A stretch of 64,000 nucleotides of DNA from Proteromonas lacertae (GCA_002245135.1 NGBS01000873.1:1-64000); one strand, 5' to 3'. Shown: positions 1 through 15,189, numbered from the stretch's first letter. Numbers and translations: made by a program. The notes: generated by a model not told the origin, from the letters alone.

Positions 1-461
1 TTAAATAGATATGATGAAAGTGATTTATGGTGATAGATGGATGGAATTACATATCAACTTATACCAGATCATTATCTGAACAAAATTACCCTTTTTTAAA
101 TTCTGAAGTTGAAGAATTCAATTCATATTTGTATGATAGTTATCCCGATTCAGCATCTTTCTATTCTATAGCAAATTTAGAAATAATATATTCAATGATA
201 AATTTATGGGTTCAAGTGGTTAATAACAGTCTATCAATAGATCCAGAAGTGATAATGAAATCGATACGATATCATGAATATCAATCTCCATCTGGTTTAT
301 TATATGTTCAAAATAGTTGTTATGTGCAAAGAAGACTATATAAAGGAGTTGTTGATAAGAATCATAAGAAGGTTGATATTACAGATTATTCAACAATGTT
401 ATCTCCTATACCATTACAGACAGAGAAATTTCTCAATCAATGCATGTTGGTTTAGTATTGG
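1..461 (+). repeat. Fold-back inverted copy of 1680-2141 (third copy of part of the PBP-repeat receptor)
   Basis: 1-461 is the reverse complement of 1680-2141 and matches 47631-48093. It carries the left-copy variants (gcaaattta, gaagttgaa), not the right-copy ones (gcagattta, gaagtagaa). Confidence 0.9.
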
Positions 462-3400
462 TTTATTAATCACTACTAATACAAATAGTATTATAAAAAT
501 TAAAACATAAAATCCAAATATAACATATATAGCTACTAAACAATCATCACTATATTCAAAATATCTTATTGTTGGACCATTATAACATTCTTTCATTTGT
601 CTCTTTGTATGGTATTATCATATAACTCAAATCTGGATAAATCTTTATTAAACTATGAGCTTGAGTTATTCACTTAAATATAATTCATGACTGATTGTAT
701 TACTTTCACTTCCTTCAATATGACCAAATGCACAAGACAATGATATACTCTGAAATAAGATTTGAGTGTAAAGTATTATATTCTTATCATTCCTCTCTAA
801 TCCATCTTCATCAATTACTTTTAATGCATTATTGTAACGATCTAAAAATGATCTAAATACACAATCTAATGCAGCTATTGCTTCAGATACTTTGATTTCT
901 GAACCTACACGTTTTTTAACAAATTCTTCAAATAATAAAACAGATATATCTCGAACATCACCATTATATGATGATATTATCAGAAAATTTGTTAAATTAT
1001 TGTCCAAGTCTTTATCAAGGTAATAATATTCATAATTGTATAATAAATGATTATATCTTCCCATTGGAATTGAATGATTAAAGTAAATCGTTAAAAATTC
1101 TTTCAATACTGATTCTTTTAGAAAAATTCAATATTATTGTACTTGTTTCGCTTGATATTAAATCAGAGTAGAATGTTTCAAAATCTTCTTCCATATCAGT
1201 GAAATTTAAACCAAAATTATATTCTTCCATTTTTGTAGATGTTCATTTATCTCATTCTTTATACTTCAATAAATTTTAATTCATTTTCATCATTATAAAT
1301 AAACATTATTCGAGAACATTTGATCCTTTCTAAATAGCTTAATGTAATATTCTTATAATGGTTTAAAGGAAAAGAATAACCTATAACATATTTATTACAA
1401 TCTCTTTCTTCTACTTTGGCTATACTGAAGAATAATTGTTCTCCTGTATATTCATTTTTCTAACTACCAAATCATGACAATACACTGAAGGACATCCAAA
1501 TATAAAATTAACTTCATCATTTGATAGGAGTTTCTTCACTTTTGATTCATCTTCAGAAGTATGATATAATATAACTATTTCAATTATAAACTTGTTTTCA
1601 TTTGCATTTTTATCAAATATCAATATATTCATTTCTAATAACAACAATTTTGATAACTTCTTATAGATTGGGTAATAATCCAATACTAAACCAACATGCA
1701 TTGGATTGAGAAATTTCTCTGTCTGTAATGGTATAGGAGATAACATTGTTGAATAATCTGTAATATCAACCTTCTTATGATTCTTATCAACAAACTCCTT
1801 TATAGTCTTCTTTGCACATAACAACTATTTTGAACATATAATAAACCAGATGGAGATTGATATTCATGATATCGTATCGATTTCATTATCACTTCTGGAT
1901 CTATTGATAGACTGTTATTAACCACTTGAACCCATAAATTTATCATTGAATATATTATTTCTAAATTTGCTATAGAATAGAAAGATGCTGAATCGGGATA
2001 ACTATCATACAAATATGAATTGAATTCTTCAACTTCAGAATTTAAAAAAGGGTAATTTTGTTCAGATAATGATCTGGTATAAGTTGATATGTAATTCCAT
2101 CCATCTATCACCATAAAATCACTTTCATCATATCTATTTAATTCGATTATAAAAAAGTATATGTCTTTATAAGTGAATAATTGAATGTAGGATAGTATGT
2201 TAAAAGTCTCTTTGTTATATGTTGCTAAATAAAGGACTGCACAACTTCCATTATTGGAATAAATACTACATTTTGACAATTCATTCTTTATATAGAATAT
2301 ATCATTTTTTATTTTTTCCAAAATATCATTTACATATAAAAACTTATAACCAATATCTGAAACATTATATAATCCTAACATATAATCAAATGTTTCTACT
2401 CTTTCTTCTTCAATTATTATATATATAAAATCAGATATTGGAAGACTGAATTTATATAGATTATTTCCATATACACTAGTAGCTGAACCACCATTTAAAA
2501 TATACTTTGATTCTACTTCTATAGCAGAATCTAAATTGAAAATTGCTATTTTGAATTTTTCAGATATTCTATCTAGACTATCACTGCTTGCATTGAATGG
2601 AATTGTCATAAATATAACTGATAAACCAATATCATTATTATCATCCAAAAAACGAACTAATTCATCTCCAAAATCTTTGTCAATTCATAACTTCCAAAAT
2701 ATAAGTTGATATTATATTGTTTCAAAAATTCGGAAGATTGTTGAAGAACATAAAGTCTATCTAATAATGTGTAAACTAATGAAATTGTTAAACTATATTT
2801 CTTTCGAAAGAATATTCCTATATTCAAAGGCAGCAATTCAAATATACCAATTGAATTTCTTGCATCACATCTTTTTAAACTATCTCTACCAATAAATATA
2901 TCATTAGTTATTCTCATTATTTTTACTTCATCTTTTGGTTTATATATTAAAACAATATTCTTTTCAAAGTGATTATTATTATTAATCTTTACTTCACCTT
3001 CTATTGTATTTACTATACTTTCATATAAATATGATCTATATGTGTTATAATCACAACTATCTGATATTTTCATTGCTTTACATATTATTAACATGGTTGA
3101 GAATAATGAAGATATACTATAATCTTCTACACTTGGATCTAATACAGCTTTGCTATGTATATCATCTAATAACAAATAATAAAGCTTTGACAATTCATTA
3201 TTTTCTATTCTTTTTATTGGAACACTGTTTACTGTACTAAAAAATACATTTGAACAATGAGGATGAGTAAAACTAGATATAACTATTATTGTTGATTGAT
3301 AAATATCTTCAATATTTTTCACTTTTCCAAGAATAGTTCTTTTATTTCATCATTTTGTTCAAAGAAAATATAATATAAACCACCATGAACAGAATTATTT

Positions 3401-5975
3401 GCAATATTTTCCCATTTTAAACTAAATTTATCTAAATCACTATCATATTGCTTATAAACTATATTTACATCATAATGATTTGATAAAGTCATCTACAGTT
3501 TTATAATAATCAGCATATTTTGGATCTATAAAGAACAGTCTTTACCATAGGTACTAAAAACTGTACTGTCGAGTATAATATTCAAATCGATCATTAAGAT
3601 ATACTTCTGGAAATAAACCATTTACATATACATTCTCAGAACATTCATTGTTTATTCTATCAGATAAGACAAATATTGGGTTTTCATTCTTTAATGAAGA
3701 ATTGTAAATAAAATCAGAACATAACATCTTTGGAGATACAAATATCATCAAGTCATAAGAAGAATCAGATAAAAATTCATTTATAAGATTAACACATTCT
3801 GACGATTCATTCATTCTTTTAACATAAGGAACAAATATTACATTACTATCATTAGATCTGCTTAGATAATTGAATAATAACTCACTGAACATTATTAAGG
3901 ATATATCAACGTCATTTGAATCTATCAACAGATATACATCAACAATATCTTGTTTAGAAGTAAAAAAGTTACATTGTAAATTATCTTCTATGATTGGTTC
4001 TATATAGACTTTATATTCAATAATAGTGTTAAACTTTTCTGTTAAATCAAATTTTCTACGAATGTAATTATTTGCATTGAAAGATAATTCTTTTGAGAAT
4101 GATGTAAATGTTTTCGTATAGATTACTTCATAAAACTTTTCTCTATTATGGATATCTTGCGCATTTAATTCTTTAATTGCTTGAAATATTATTTCTAGTG
4201 ATGAATAAGGATAATATAATCTGTAAGATTCTTCACCATTAGTTTTATAATACTCTTGTGTTATTTTCATTGAATCAATTATATCATTAAAACGATAGAA
4301 TGAAACATAATACATATAATTATACAAACCACTATTCAAAATTTCATAGTTATTATTTGTATCTATTGGAATTGATATTATTTCACTATTAAATAAGACT
4401 TTTAAAGATAATGTAAACTGAGATATATCATCTTTTGTTCTTAAAAATAAGATGGAAAATCCTTCTTCAGTATATACTTCCCTTACTATACTATATGCAT
4501 TTACTTCTTCATAAGAACTAAGATCAACAGGTTTTATTGTTAATTCTTCTGGATATTTCTTCAACAATTTGTACATTATTTTGAAGTATTCATTTGATAT
4601 TACATCATAAGAATAATAGAATAAATAAAAACACTTTGAATCTTTCTTAATATAATTGATTATTTGATTAAAATATTGATCTGGAATTAATATTGTGAAA
4701 AATACTTGTTTATTACATATTTTACCAAAATAATTATCATTATAAAAGTATAACATATTTGGATATTCTTCTATTCGAGTTACTATTGTATCAAAACATA
4801 AATATTTATTACTTGTTAGTAAATATTCTACTTCTTTTTCTATCATAAAATCCATTCCATTATTACACAACAATTGATTATTCTCTACATTATATATATA
4901 ATATTCAACACCTATTTTGTTATTAAAATCATATTTATATTTCAAATGATTTAATGATATTATCTCATCTAAAAATACTGTAAATCCATCAGAATCTAAA
5001 TCATCTAAACTATATATAAAACCAAATTTTATTGGACTGATTTCTATTCTGTTTTTACTAAATGAACAAACTAAACCATCTCTTGGAGAATAGGGAATTG
5101 CATAAACATGTATTGTTGATACAACATATTCTTCAAAATTATAACCATCAGAAAGATGTAATAACATATATAATGGTTGTTCTAAATAATGAGCTTCATT
5201 TACTTTCACTTTTACATTACAAGCATGTAATATTTCAATATCATTAACATTGTCTAATAACACATTTACACTTATTGAATCCGAAGAGCTTATTGATCTA
5301 TAAGCATTAACTATATACTTAGCTGACATATATCCATATAACACATATGGACTTATTATTCTTTCTTTTCCATTCTTTATTTTATTCAACAATTCACTTT
5401 CAATAAATGGATTATAATTACTAACTATAATATGATCAATATTTGGATAGTAGGGATAGTTGAAGTATTTCACATGAAAACTGACTAATGTGATTTTATT
5501 GCTTATACTATCTTTTACACTTTCTATCAAATTGGATGTTAATTCTTCATCTAAGAAATTGATTAAACAATTTGGTTGAATTATCAATCTTTGGTTTGTT
5601 GATATGAATTGATTTATACTTTCATTTCCATTTATATTGATTAAGTAAGAATGAGATATATTATAAAAGTTTAACTCTTTCTTAAAGAATTCAGATGAAT
5701 ATACACTATCCATAGAATTACTATTGTATAATACAATGAAGCTAACACATTGTTTTCGAATATTCAACATTATCTGTAACATATATGTGGTTAGATAACT
5801 ATTCATATGAATTATGTTTGAATCACAACTTTCAGGTTTAGCAAATCCAATATTAAACAATAACGAATCTTTTTCTTTTAAGGATTTTCCTATTTCTTCT
5901 ATTTCTGATGATTCTATTAAACCTAGATATAATGAATTTGAGGGATTGGATTTTATTACTTCAATCAATGTATTA
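462..5975 (-). pseudogene. 5'-truncated, frameshifted copy of the giant PBP1-repeat receptor: modules 5-9 and the first transmembrane helix
   Basis: ORFs 3554-5968, 2657-3322, 1800-2648 and 1420-1824 match the 43668-48374 protein but are split by small indels. Unique continuation 1404-462 (KVEERDCNKY...; ECYNGPTIRYFEYSDDCLVAIYVIFGFYVLIFIILFVLVVINKP = TM helix). The indels may be consensus errors. Confidence 0.75.
1405..5975 (-). repeat. Left arm of ~4.56 kb inverted repeat (partner 43811-48369)
   Basis: Identity starts at taatacattgattgaagt (5975 / 43811) and ends at gccaaagtagaagaaa (1405 / 48369). The arms are near-identical, with scattered substitutions and a 15-nt indel (ISPIKFGFIYSL vs ISPIYSL). 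Confidence 0.95.
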
Positions 5976-6161
5976 ATATAGTGTATTAGAATTAGTATAT
6001 TTGTAAATGCTGGTTTATTATGTACTTGTTTGGTGATAATTTCAAAAATATATAAAATATATTATGATTAAAGTGAAGTATCGAAATGGTTTACTTCTCT
6101 AAAAGTAATTACAAAACAAAATCAAAACAAATATATACAATAATAATAGTATATACTCTAA

Positions 6162-7615
6162 TTATTCAATCAAATATTTAAATGATGAATAGAAATTAAT
6201 ATCAGATAATAATGAATTTATGTTAAGATAAACATTGTCTATTATATCAGCATCGATAGAGAATTTGTTATCTTCATTGATATTTCCCTCTTCTAGCTTT
6301 ATAGAAGTTTCTATCTCATTAGATAGTGATAATTGATCGTTTTTTGTTTTTATATCTTTATCATTTTGTTCTTCATTCGTATATGTTATGGAATTATTTA
6401 TTGGTAAACTATAATCTATTTTGCGTTTCTTTTGATTCTTTATGATGCAGAAGTTGTATTCTGATATTCTATTTCTTTTCTTTGATTCAATTTGTTTATC
6501 TTTATTTAAATATATTTTATTCTCTAGAAAGCCTTCATATCCAAGTGGAGGTGGTATATATACTAAATATGGGTATTCATCAACATATAATTGATTTTCT
6601 AGATAATACCTAATCTTATCTAAATTAGAAATTTCTTCATATCTATTAAGAGAAGTATTTATAATGATATGTATACTTTTGTTTCTGAAAGATTGGCATC
6701 TTCTTCCATAGTCTACCAATTGTTCTATTTATATTGTTCTTATCTTTTGAATTACCATTGTAATATTTTTGTATTATTTCATTTCTTGAATATTTTGAAA
6801 ATGCATTATAAGCACATAGTGGTGGAGATACTAGTTTAATAGCTAATGGTATTGTTTTGTTAACTAAATCATTAGATTTTTCTTGAACAACATCTTTTAA
6901 TATAAAATCGTTGATAATATTTATTTCCATATTGTTTAAGGTGTAACGATAGTAGTTTATATTGTTTAATTCAGACTTAACAATTATTTTATAATTGTTA
7001 TTCTTTTCATTAAATATATCATTATTTATTATTTCTATCATCTTTTTTGATTTGTTAGTGTTTCCTTCAATCTTGTTTATCAGTAATGACCATATTTTCT
7101 TAAGATTATCGGTTGGATTCTTGTTTATGTCTTTATAAGAAATATAATGCAAAGTTGAAGATAAATCATAATCATCATATTTTTGTTCAAATGAATTAAA
7201 TTCTATCATATGAACATTTTGTCCATCAGATGCAATTATAGTAAAATTAAACTTATAGGTTTGTGATTTTACTAAATCGATGTAAAAATTTAGATATACA
7301 TTTGAATTTATAGTTTTCATAACTGATTTGCTTGTTAAGAAACTCGAAATGAATAGATCCATCTGATATTAATAATGTATTTTCTGTTGTTTCTTTAATT
7401 ATCACGATGAATATCCCATTATGACCAATACCTATAGTTTTTGATTCATTTACAATAATCTAAATAAAAATACAATAGCAATCATTCTAACATACTCGTT
7501 CTTTAGAATCGATGTAAACATTTTGATCCTTAGTATGATCTTCGCTTAAATCTGAGTATAATATTTGATAATCAACTGTTTGATTAATTTGTATATTTAT
7601 CAAGATTGAATTCAT
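6162..7615 (-). CDS. HMG-box protein (multi-exon)
   Basis: PPLCAYNAFSKYSRNEI...INRTIGRLWKKMPIFQKQK joins across a ~34-nt GT-AG intron near 6650-6680 to YEEISNLDKIRYYLE, giving a complete HMG box. ATG at 7615. Confidence 0.75.
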
Positions 7616-8286
7616 GATGAAAAAGTAATAAATAAAATTTTAGTGAGGCTAAGTTTATATGACAATTTTATTTAACGAATAAAAAATTGTTTTGACTTTC
7701 CATATTAAGCCAAAAGTGAATATTTATTAACTTTGTGGATTATTTTGCAACGCATACAATATATTCAATAATTATTTATATTTATTCTATTTAACCTGCT
7801 ATATTTCATGATTTTCATTTAGAATTTGTACAGCAACACCAACACAGAAATAACATATAGGAACTAATGATATGATTAATATGTGATTAATATGTGATTA
7901 TTGCGATAATATTAAACTAATATTATATATAATCATATTTCATTTTAAACTATCTAATATGATATCAAGATCATTAAGTGCACATTTTTGTGAAAATAAA
8001 AAAATGCAATAAATGGATATATACAGTTGTTTGATAATTTTAAATTTGATTCACTCTTAGCATTACCAAATATGTATAAAAGAGGTAGAAAAAAAGTAAA
8101 GCTGTTGATAATGATGTTAATTAACTGATGAAAAAGAGATTTCAAAAAGAAGTTACATAATGTAAATTTATTATTATTTAAGAAACATCTATTTAATATG
8201 TTATTTTATTAACTCACACACAGTTATATATAAAGTATAATATATAAATAAACTGTAAATGTAGAGGATTATTAATATTCATTCAA

Positions 8287-10704
8287 TTAAGGACTATGCG
8301 ATTCTATACTACGTGAAAATTCACCAGGATCTAATGATCTTCCTCTATATATTTTACCATCTGTTCCTACTAACGGAGATGCATCAGATCCTTCATCATC
8401 ATCAGAACTTAATAGATCATATTGTGGAACTTTTTTATTTCTTATCTCAGGTAGTCTAACTTGAAAACCACCTCCTAATGATTGATATCCAGGTCCTAAA
8501 GTAGAAATTGGTTTCTTTTCTTTATCCATTGTTCTCTTTCTATTACATGAAAGACAATACATTTCTGAGGAAGGAGATTCAACACCTTTAGTAGCCCAAG
8601 GATTACTATCTTCAGCTGGTAATGCTTTTTCTATTGTTTGATTAAGAGAACGACGTAAACTAAATTAATATAATAATAACAATATACTCCATTGATAATT
8701 GTGTAATAATTCTTTGTAATTCTTCTCTATCTGTTTTATTTGTAAGATATTCCATTGCTTCATCTTTATCCATCTTCTTGCTAATATGTTCAGATAATAT
8801 TGCCACTTGTTCAGCTAAATGCTCATCAACTTGACTACGGCTAGTATTTGGTTTACTAACTGATCTCTGTAGACTGGATAATGATGACTTCATCTTTGTA
8901 GTTGCTTTTCTTATCTCATCTTCATCTCTATTAATAGCTTTAACTGCTGTCTGTAGCTCCAACATAAGCTTATTGAATTTCTTTTCAATCTTATTATCTA
9001 CATTGTCTATTCTATCGAAATTAATTAAATCATCCATTATTTCTATTATTTGTACTATTTAATAAATAAATAAATAATAACAATTATACATTTCAGTTTT
9101 TCAATCTCATCTTTATTAATTTGAATATTTGCTCTATTTGTTTCAATTAACATTCTCAAATCAGTCAACATTTTATCAAACTTACATTGTGGATTTGGAT
9201 CTTCTTCTGTTGGATCAGGAGTTGCATAATATTCATCAAATTTAGTCTTAATTGCTTCAGCTGTTTTTACTGCTTTAACTGCTAATGATTTATCAGCTTT
9301 ACCATCTAATGCTTGATTTGTTAATTTTTGATTATTTTCTAGATTCTTCAATTGCATATTCAATTCACATATAAAATCACCTAAATTTTGGTTCTGTGTT
9401 ACTATAACTTGTTTTGTATTAATACTTAGCCAACCTTCATTCAATTTCCTTTCTAAATCTTCTAATCTTTGGTTTATTCTTGCTAAGATATCATCTTCAT
9501 CATCTTCCTCTTCTTCACCACCAGCACCTGCAACTGGATTTTCACCTGGTTTATTATTACTACCTGCTGTTGTTGGTTTACTTCCTGTTGCAGTACCTGG
9601 TTTACTAGTTGAAGTAGTTCCATCTTTATTCTTTCCACTTTCATCATCACCTCCAGCTGTTCCACCTCTCTTTGATGAAGATGGAGTACCTGGTTTACTA
9701 CTTCCATTACTCTTAGATTTTCGTTTACCAGTAAATAATTTCTTTCCTCCATTTTCTAATACATCTACTCTGTCTTTCAATGTATAAAGTGCTTTGGATA
9801 TATCTGTTAATGTCTTACCAAAATCTTGAATTTCTTCACCATTTGGTCCGAATCTAGATTGTTTTCTATGATTCCATTGTTTATAATCGAAATTAGGTGA
9901 TTCTGGACGTGGAGGTAATCCTTTCTTACCTTTGCCATGAGATAAACCATCACTACCATCATTTTCACCATTTTCACCTCTTTTACTTTTTCTTGATGAT
10001 TTATCTGCAGTTCCTCCTCTTGAACTTTTCTTTGATTTGGAAGTACCTGGTTTAGATTGTTTGTTTGATTTACCATCTTTTGATTCACTTCCTTCTTCAC
10101 CTTCTGCTTCTTCTTCCTCTTCATCACCTCCAAAAGAGGAAACTGGTTTGGAAGATACTCTTTTTCCATTTAAAATATCAAATACTATTGTTGTTATATA
10201 ATCTGGTAAATTATTTTCTAACTGGCTTACTCTTTTCTCCATTTTTGTTAATCTTTGATTATTTTTCTTAATTTGACCCAATATACTTTCTAATAATCTA
10301 TGTTGGCTTTGGAATGCTCCAATTATAGAATTTTCTACATTTGGTATTTTGTCACCCACTTCTTCTATAGTTTCAGATTCTACACTATTTGTATCACTTC
10401 CATCTGATCTAGAACTATTTATTGAACTTCTTGGAGTATCTTCTTCTTCACTATATTCTTCCTCTTCATTATTTTCACCGTTTTCTTTATTTTCTTCATT
10501 CCCTTCGTTATCTTCATTTTCTTCTCCATTCTGTATTTTTTCAGGTTGTTCTATCACTTCTATATCAACTTTACCCTCATCTATTGTTCTTTGTGTAGAA
10601 GTATTTGATTGAGCAGTTCTTCCTGTGGGTATTTGGCTTGTAGCTGTGCTCGTAGGTGAGTTGGGAGTAGTTTCCGTAGAATTTGTGTTATCTGACTCTT
10701 CCAT
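8287..10704 (-). CDS. Low-complexity and coiled-coil protein, DUF4795/QRICH2/C16orf96-like C-terminus
   Basis: Three ORFs joined by short introns. Acidic and G/S/K-rich N-terminal half, coiled coils with KADK/KMDK/KTDREEL motifs, terminal CLSCNR motif. Confidence 0.6.
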
Positions 10705-10826
10705 TTCAAAAAAAGAAATGTAACGACAAACTATTAAAAACGAATATATTTTTAATAATCTCAAAAACAAACAAATGAAGTAGTGGGATATAATATATAT
10801 AAATTAAAAAAGAACTAGTAAGATTA

Positions 10827-13800
10827 TTATTCATTTTTCTCTATATCTTCTACTATATCATGAGGAGAAGCAAATGTTGGGTTTGAATTGTGGTTAGCTG
10901 ATTCACCAGATAGAATAGTTGTTGGCTCTTTAATTGGAAGACTTGGTGGTAAATTTAAATTTGAATTACTAGTACTATTACCATTTGGGGAAACAGTGCT
11001 AGGGTTAACCGTTCCTGGTATAGATATACCATGATTAGATGGATTAGAAGCACCATGTTGAGATGACATATTTGATATACCTCTATTTGGTGTGAATCTC
11101 CAATCTGTTCCTGAAGTAGCTGGAGTTGTAGTTGTTGATACACCAAAACCAACAGGCTTTGAACCACCACTGGAACTACCACCTAATGTACTACTTGATC
11201 TTGTAGTTGATTTTCTTAAATGCATCACTGTAGATCTGAATTGGATTTTATTATCAGTACCATGAAGCAAGTAAGACACTTCATCTTCAATAGCTTGTTT
11301 AATTTCATTATCAAAGGTGTTAAACTCACTAAACCACATATTAGCATTTTCACTCAACAAACCAAACTTACTTTGAATGAATAAATATGAATTATTTGTT
11401 AATATTAAATGTTGAATTTCTCCTATAGCTTCATCATATAAACTAGGTGTAATTTCTTTATTATCCATTGCTGTTTTAATTCTAAGTTTCATTGAAGTAG
11501 AAATATTAATTTCATTCTCACTTCCATCAGCAATATATTCTGTATATAGTTTATGTGCGAGTTTATCATTCTCTTCTTTTGATCTCTTCACATATCCCAT
11601 TTGATATTTACATGCATCTTCCCAAAATAACATGCTCTCTTCTTGTAATACTTCCTTTAAGTATAATTTCAAACAAGCTCTTACTACTGGATCATCAAAT
11701 AATAGATTCTTCATATCCATATTAGTTGTTGCTGTTTCTCTTTTGAAGAATTTAGTAATTGGCATTATTATTGGTATTATTATTATTGCTAAAATATTAA
11801 TAATTAAATATAAAGCAAAAGTAGATGCGCTGTTTGGATAATCTCCTATTGTTAATAATCTGAATATAAACTGTGCAATTGAACATAAAGCTAACAATAT
11901 TGCTATAAATATTTCTTTCTTTGCTGCTTTAGGTAATTCAGAAAAACCAAATGATATAATATGAACACATAGAATAAGTGTAATTATACTCAAGAAGAAC
12001 TATTTTTTATATATAAAAATAAAATATATAATACATTTACCACAAATAAAGCTATTTGTTCAATTGTATTTTCAGATCCACATACTGTGGCAGAGAATGG
12101 ATAACCATTAGCATCTACAGTCTTTGTAAACTGGAAAGGATATCCAAGATACATTGTTATACCAAATAATACAATAATAACAGCACCTATTTTACATACA
12201 AACTTCCATTCACCACTGGTTGAAAATTGTTTCTTTTCGTGTTTCTTGTATATATCGAAAGTAATAAAGAAAAATGAACTTGACATAGTTACCATACATG
12301 CTGCTAATATTGAATATTGAGCATAACAATGAACTTTATTGACTGCTAAAATATCACCAACACATCCTATTAATACACCGCTAATTAATATGATAAAATA
12401 AATAGGCGGACTTATAGATCTAGTATAGATAGGTCTAATCAAAATGAGAGTTAGATAAGTTAAATATTCAATCAGATTAATTGCAAACATAATATAAATA
12501 ATCACTTTAGAAGCGACTGAAGCATCATATAATGCATCTATTAATATAATAATAATATATTATATATTATTTATACATCCTCTTTTTTGTATATTTTCTG
12601 GTAAAAGAATACCATCATGACAATTTCTTGGTTGTTTCCATTGATAGGACAATATAATATCAAATCCATCTGTTCCATTTTCCACTACTTCTATATCACT
12701 TTTCTTACAATCAACTTCTTCATATTCACAAGCTAAAACATAACTAGAAAAACAGGTAGACAAATCCAATACTGGATTAATAGCTAAAAAGTAAGAAGTA
12801 TCTTTATCTTTAATTCTATCTTGAACATTTATGGATGCTTCAAGTTCTACTGATCCTTTTGGTATTATTGTACCAGACACTTTACTTAATTCAACATTTT
12901 TGGTAGTTTCTGTATTCAGTACCCAATCAATTGGATAATTTCCTGTGTTGTTTAATATAACCTTAGCTGTACTTACAGTATCATTGAGTGAATATTTAAA
13001 CTTCAATACAGCAGGTGTAACAGACCATTTGGCATCAACACCACCAATTTGATTATATTTTACTACAGCCCAATATAAATATTTTACCAAATCTCTCGAA
13101 TCATAATATGTTACATAATAATATTCACCATCATCTGCTTTAATTATTGTACTGTCTCTTACTGGTCTATGTATATTAAATTCTTCACATTCACTAGCAT
13201 TATAATAAAAAAATTTATCATATATCTGAGAGAAACCTTTTTTCATACCACTAATAGTACGTTGAACATTCTTCTTATGATCACCATAAAAAAATTCCAT
13301 CACAACATCATTCATACCAACAACAAGACCAGTACAATTATCAGTTATAAAATACATTATATCTTTATTATTTACATCCGGTTTAAGATTATCATCTAGA
13401 AATTCAAAAGTGTTAATCGTCACTTGAGAAACAGAAAATCTTTCAGTCCAAGTATAGTTTATAAAGAAATTTGGATATGCATAATCAATACATGTAGTTT
13501 GTAAAGCTACATCATAATAAAATTTATTAATTCTTCCTTCCAAGAATCTTCCTGATATTAGAATAGGCCACATATCAGCAAAACCATTAGACGATAGTTG
13601 AAGAACAAAACATGACAATGCACCAACAGCAGGATATATATCAATGAAGTTATAACTATCATTTCCCCATACAACACCTAATCTTGTTGCACCTTTGATC
13701 ATTCTAAAGTATGATTCTTGACTAGATAAAATAATAAATATATATTATACAGTCCTATTAGATTTGAATGGATTTGAGTATTTGCATAATCAAATAATTG

Positions 13801-14260
13801 TTCTCTATCATCTTGTGTTAGTTTAGCTGTTGATTTATTCCTATCTCCCGTATCTTCAAACAAAATAGTATGCATGCTTATATTTGGATGTACAACGTAG
13901 AGAGTATAACTCATATTTTCATAATATGGTTTGATATATCCTGCTTCAATGTTTAGAGCAGGATAACCTTTTTCAATAACTAATTGAAATAATGGATTTA
14001 TATCACAATTATTACTGTCATTGAAATATATTCCAATGTCTTTCTTTGGTAATGATTGCATTAGTTGACCATTTGCTGTAGATTGTCTGATGACATAATT
14101 AAAGTCTTGATTTGCTTTAGCAACACGATTATCAACATCAGCATATAGTAAATCACGTGAACATATCGTTTTTTCGCTAGAATATATACAAATAATTTCA
14201 ATACCTATTTACTGATGCAAGGAAAACAACCAATATCAAGAAAATCGTTTTTAATGAACT
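10827..14260 (-). CDS. Class C-like 7TM receptor with C-terminal RGS domain and large ectodomain (Cache-like and Ig-like)
   Basis: Signal-peptide-like LILVVFLASVNS; Ig-like NNTGNYPIDW...SGTIIPKGS; juxtamembrane YQWKQPRNCHDGILLP; seven hydrophobic segments at 11750-12520; RGS motif LKEVLQEESMLFW...YIADGSENEINIS. Start codon uncertain. Confidence 0.85.
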
Positions 14261-14404
14261 GTCGTTACAAAAATGTCAAACAAGTTTGATCATATTTTTT
14301 GAATTGCATTATCCATGCAGAACTTAATTTTTGAAATGAATAACTTCAAACACAATTATTTCATTTCCACATACAAATAATGATAATAATATTAAATTAA
14401 TAAA

Positions 14405-14710
14405 TTATGGTTTTGAAATTGGCACAAGTGGGGTAATAGTAACATCAGGTGATTGTAAAGCTCTTTTAACAAGATCTCCCTCGGTTTTTCTTGAATATGT
14501 TTTCAAAGAATTAATTTCCAAAGCAGCTTCTTTTTGAGGACTTGATGATTTTTGTGTTCTATTTCAGTGATTATAAACATATAAATAATACAATAATTCC
14601 AGAGCCAACTGAGATGTCTTTGGTCTTAAAGTTGAAGTAAAGTGTTTTGGTGATGTATATAGTGATAAAGATGGTATCCAATTGGTAGTTAACATTGATT
14701 GAGCAGATGC

Positions 14711-14741
<31 letters not shown>

Positions 14742-15150
14742 TACGTTTAGTTTCTTTACTTCTTGTTATTGATTTTCTTCCTTTTAATTCTTTCTGCATT
14801 CTTTCAGATGGTCTTTTTCTAGAAGTTTCTAACTGTACATCACTCGATTCTTTACGATATAATCCCATTGATTTCCATCTATAATTAGTACCACCCCATT
14901 GACCTACATTGATACTATATACTTCTTGATTCATTGTCTCTATTGTTGCTGGTTCTGGTCTTGTTGTTGATAATCTTCTACCATTTGTAGTCTTCTATAT
15001 AATAAGAATAAGAATATATACTGATGGAGATATTACTTTATCCTTCATTGTCTTGGATAATGTATTCTCTTTTGATTGAGATGGAGTTATTGTTTTATTA
15101 TTATTATCTATTAATTCAGTTTTTGATTCTTCTAATTTACTTTCATTTAT

Positions 15151-15189
<39 letters not shown>

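Noticed and set aside
7954..8145. 63-aa ORF and nearby 11-bp tandem repeat at ~7873-7900
   Set aside because: No recognisable motif; AT-rich intergenic sequence.
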